Source: a virus (taxonomy: Duplodnaviria > Caudoviricetes). From it: a DNA stretch of 64,000 nucleotides. Where the stretch lies: IMG/VR virus record IMGVR_UViG_3300046678_000974, positions 1 through 64,000 of that record, one strand, 5' to 3'. How positions within the stretch are numbered: position 1 is the stretch's first letter; each line of letters starts with the position of its first letter. Below, in pieces: positions 63,611 through 64,000 of this stretch. Below the pieces are notes generated by a model. That model made no database searches. It worked only from the letters and a program-made list of their open reading frames with translations, and was not told where the DNA came from. Both the position numbers and the translations under genes were made by a program.

Positions 63611-63681
63611 GACTCATCCCAACATACCAAGAGTGACATAACACCAACAAAACCAACACCACAAAACAACAGGATTAACAT
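63607..63681 (-). CDS. 24-aa hydrophobic peptide (not in ORF track)
   Basis: MLILLFCGVGFVGVMSLLVCWDES; AGGAG/AGGG upstream; ATGA coupling. Confidence 0.5.
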   Translation of the reverse strand: MLILLFCGVGFVGVMSLLVCWDES

Positions 63682-63685
63682 GTCC

Positions 63686-64000
63686 CTAGACTCCTACTTG
63701 CTCAGTGACACGTAACCACCCACGCTTCATGAACATGTCATAATCAGCACGTACGTCACTATTGTCACGTTTCGCTACATGTCCCGCAGCAATATCCGCC
63801 AACGAATATGTTTCGCGTGCATCAAACGGATAGATTCCGCGATCCGTAATGATATGCAAAGCCTCTTGTATCCGCTTAAACCGTACAGCCACACCATATT
63901 CAGCACACAAGGATTGTAGCCGGTCGTATGTGGTCCGAGTCGGCCAGCAACACATGCCTATAACAATGTCGCCCCCAGATACCTTGTACGCAATGCAGTT
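63686..64000 (-). CDS. 5'-truncated hypothetical protein
   Basis: Frame is open to the window edge. Confidence 0.55.
   Translation of the reverse strand, partial: NCIAYKVSGGDIVIGMCCWPTRTTYDRLQSLCAEYGVAVRFKRIQEALHIITDRGIYPFDARETYSLADIAAGHVAKRDNSDVRADYDMFMKRGWLRVTEQVGV

Noticed and set aside
1-64000. Alternative genetic code or stop-codon reassignment
   Set aside because: Long genes are intact and tightly packed under the standard code; all three stop codons terminate genes.

Overview
A 64-kb slice of a contractile-tailed (myovirus-type) dsDNA phage genome, about 50% GC. The host is probably an alphaproteobacterium (inferred from protein families and promoter style). The window holds the scaffold and major capsid genes, sheath, tube, a chaperone with a -1 frameshift, tape measure, hub and spike, baseplate W/J/I-like genes, endolysin, terminase large subunit and head-completion genes. 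These are scattered in separate blocks on both strands. No portal, integrase, polymerase or sigma factor was recognised. Main observations: (1) An unusually large set of glycan-directed, probably virion-associated proteins: four large genes carrying seven clan GH-A-like TIM barrels, three of which have lost their catalytic glutamates, plus beta-helix tailspikes and inserted binding modules. (2) A prolyl-4-hydroxylase-like dioxygenase next to a collagen-like fibre, and two glycosyltransferases, suggesting post-translational decoration of the virion. (3) A T4-late-promoter-like TAAATA box before most structural genes, often 4-5 nt from the ATG (leaderless). (4) A signal-peptide protein that shares a 32-codon segment, apparently under selection, with the tape measure protein. 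(5) Several candidate non-coding elements: a tRNA-like cloverleaf with an aberrant anticodon arm, a ~190-nt late transcript, a ~400-nt structured leader, and an origin-like region. All functional calls come from motif recognition by eye; no searches were run.
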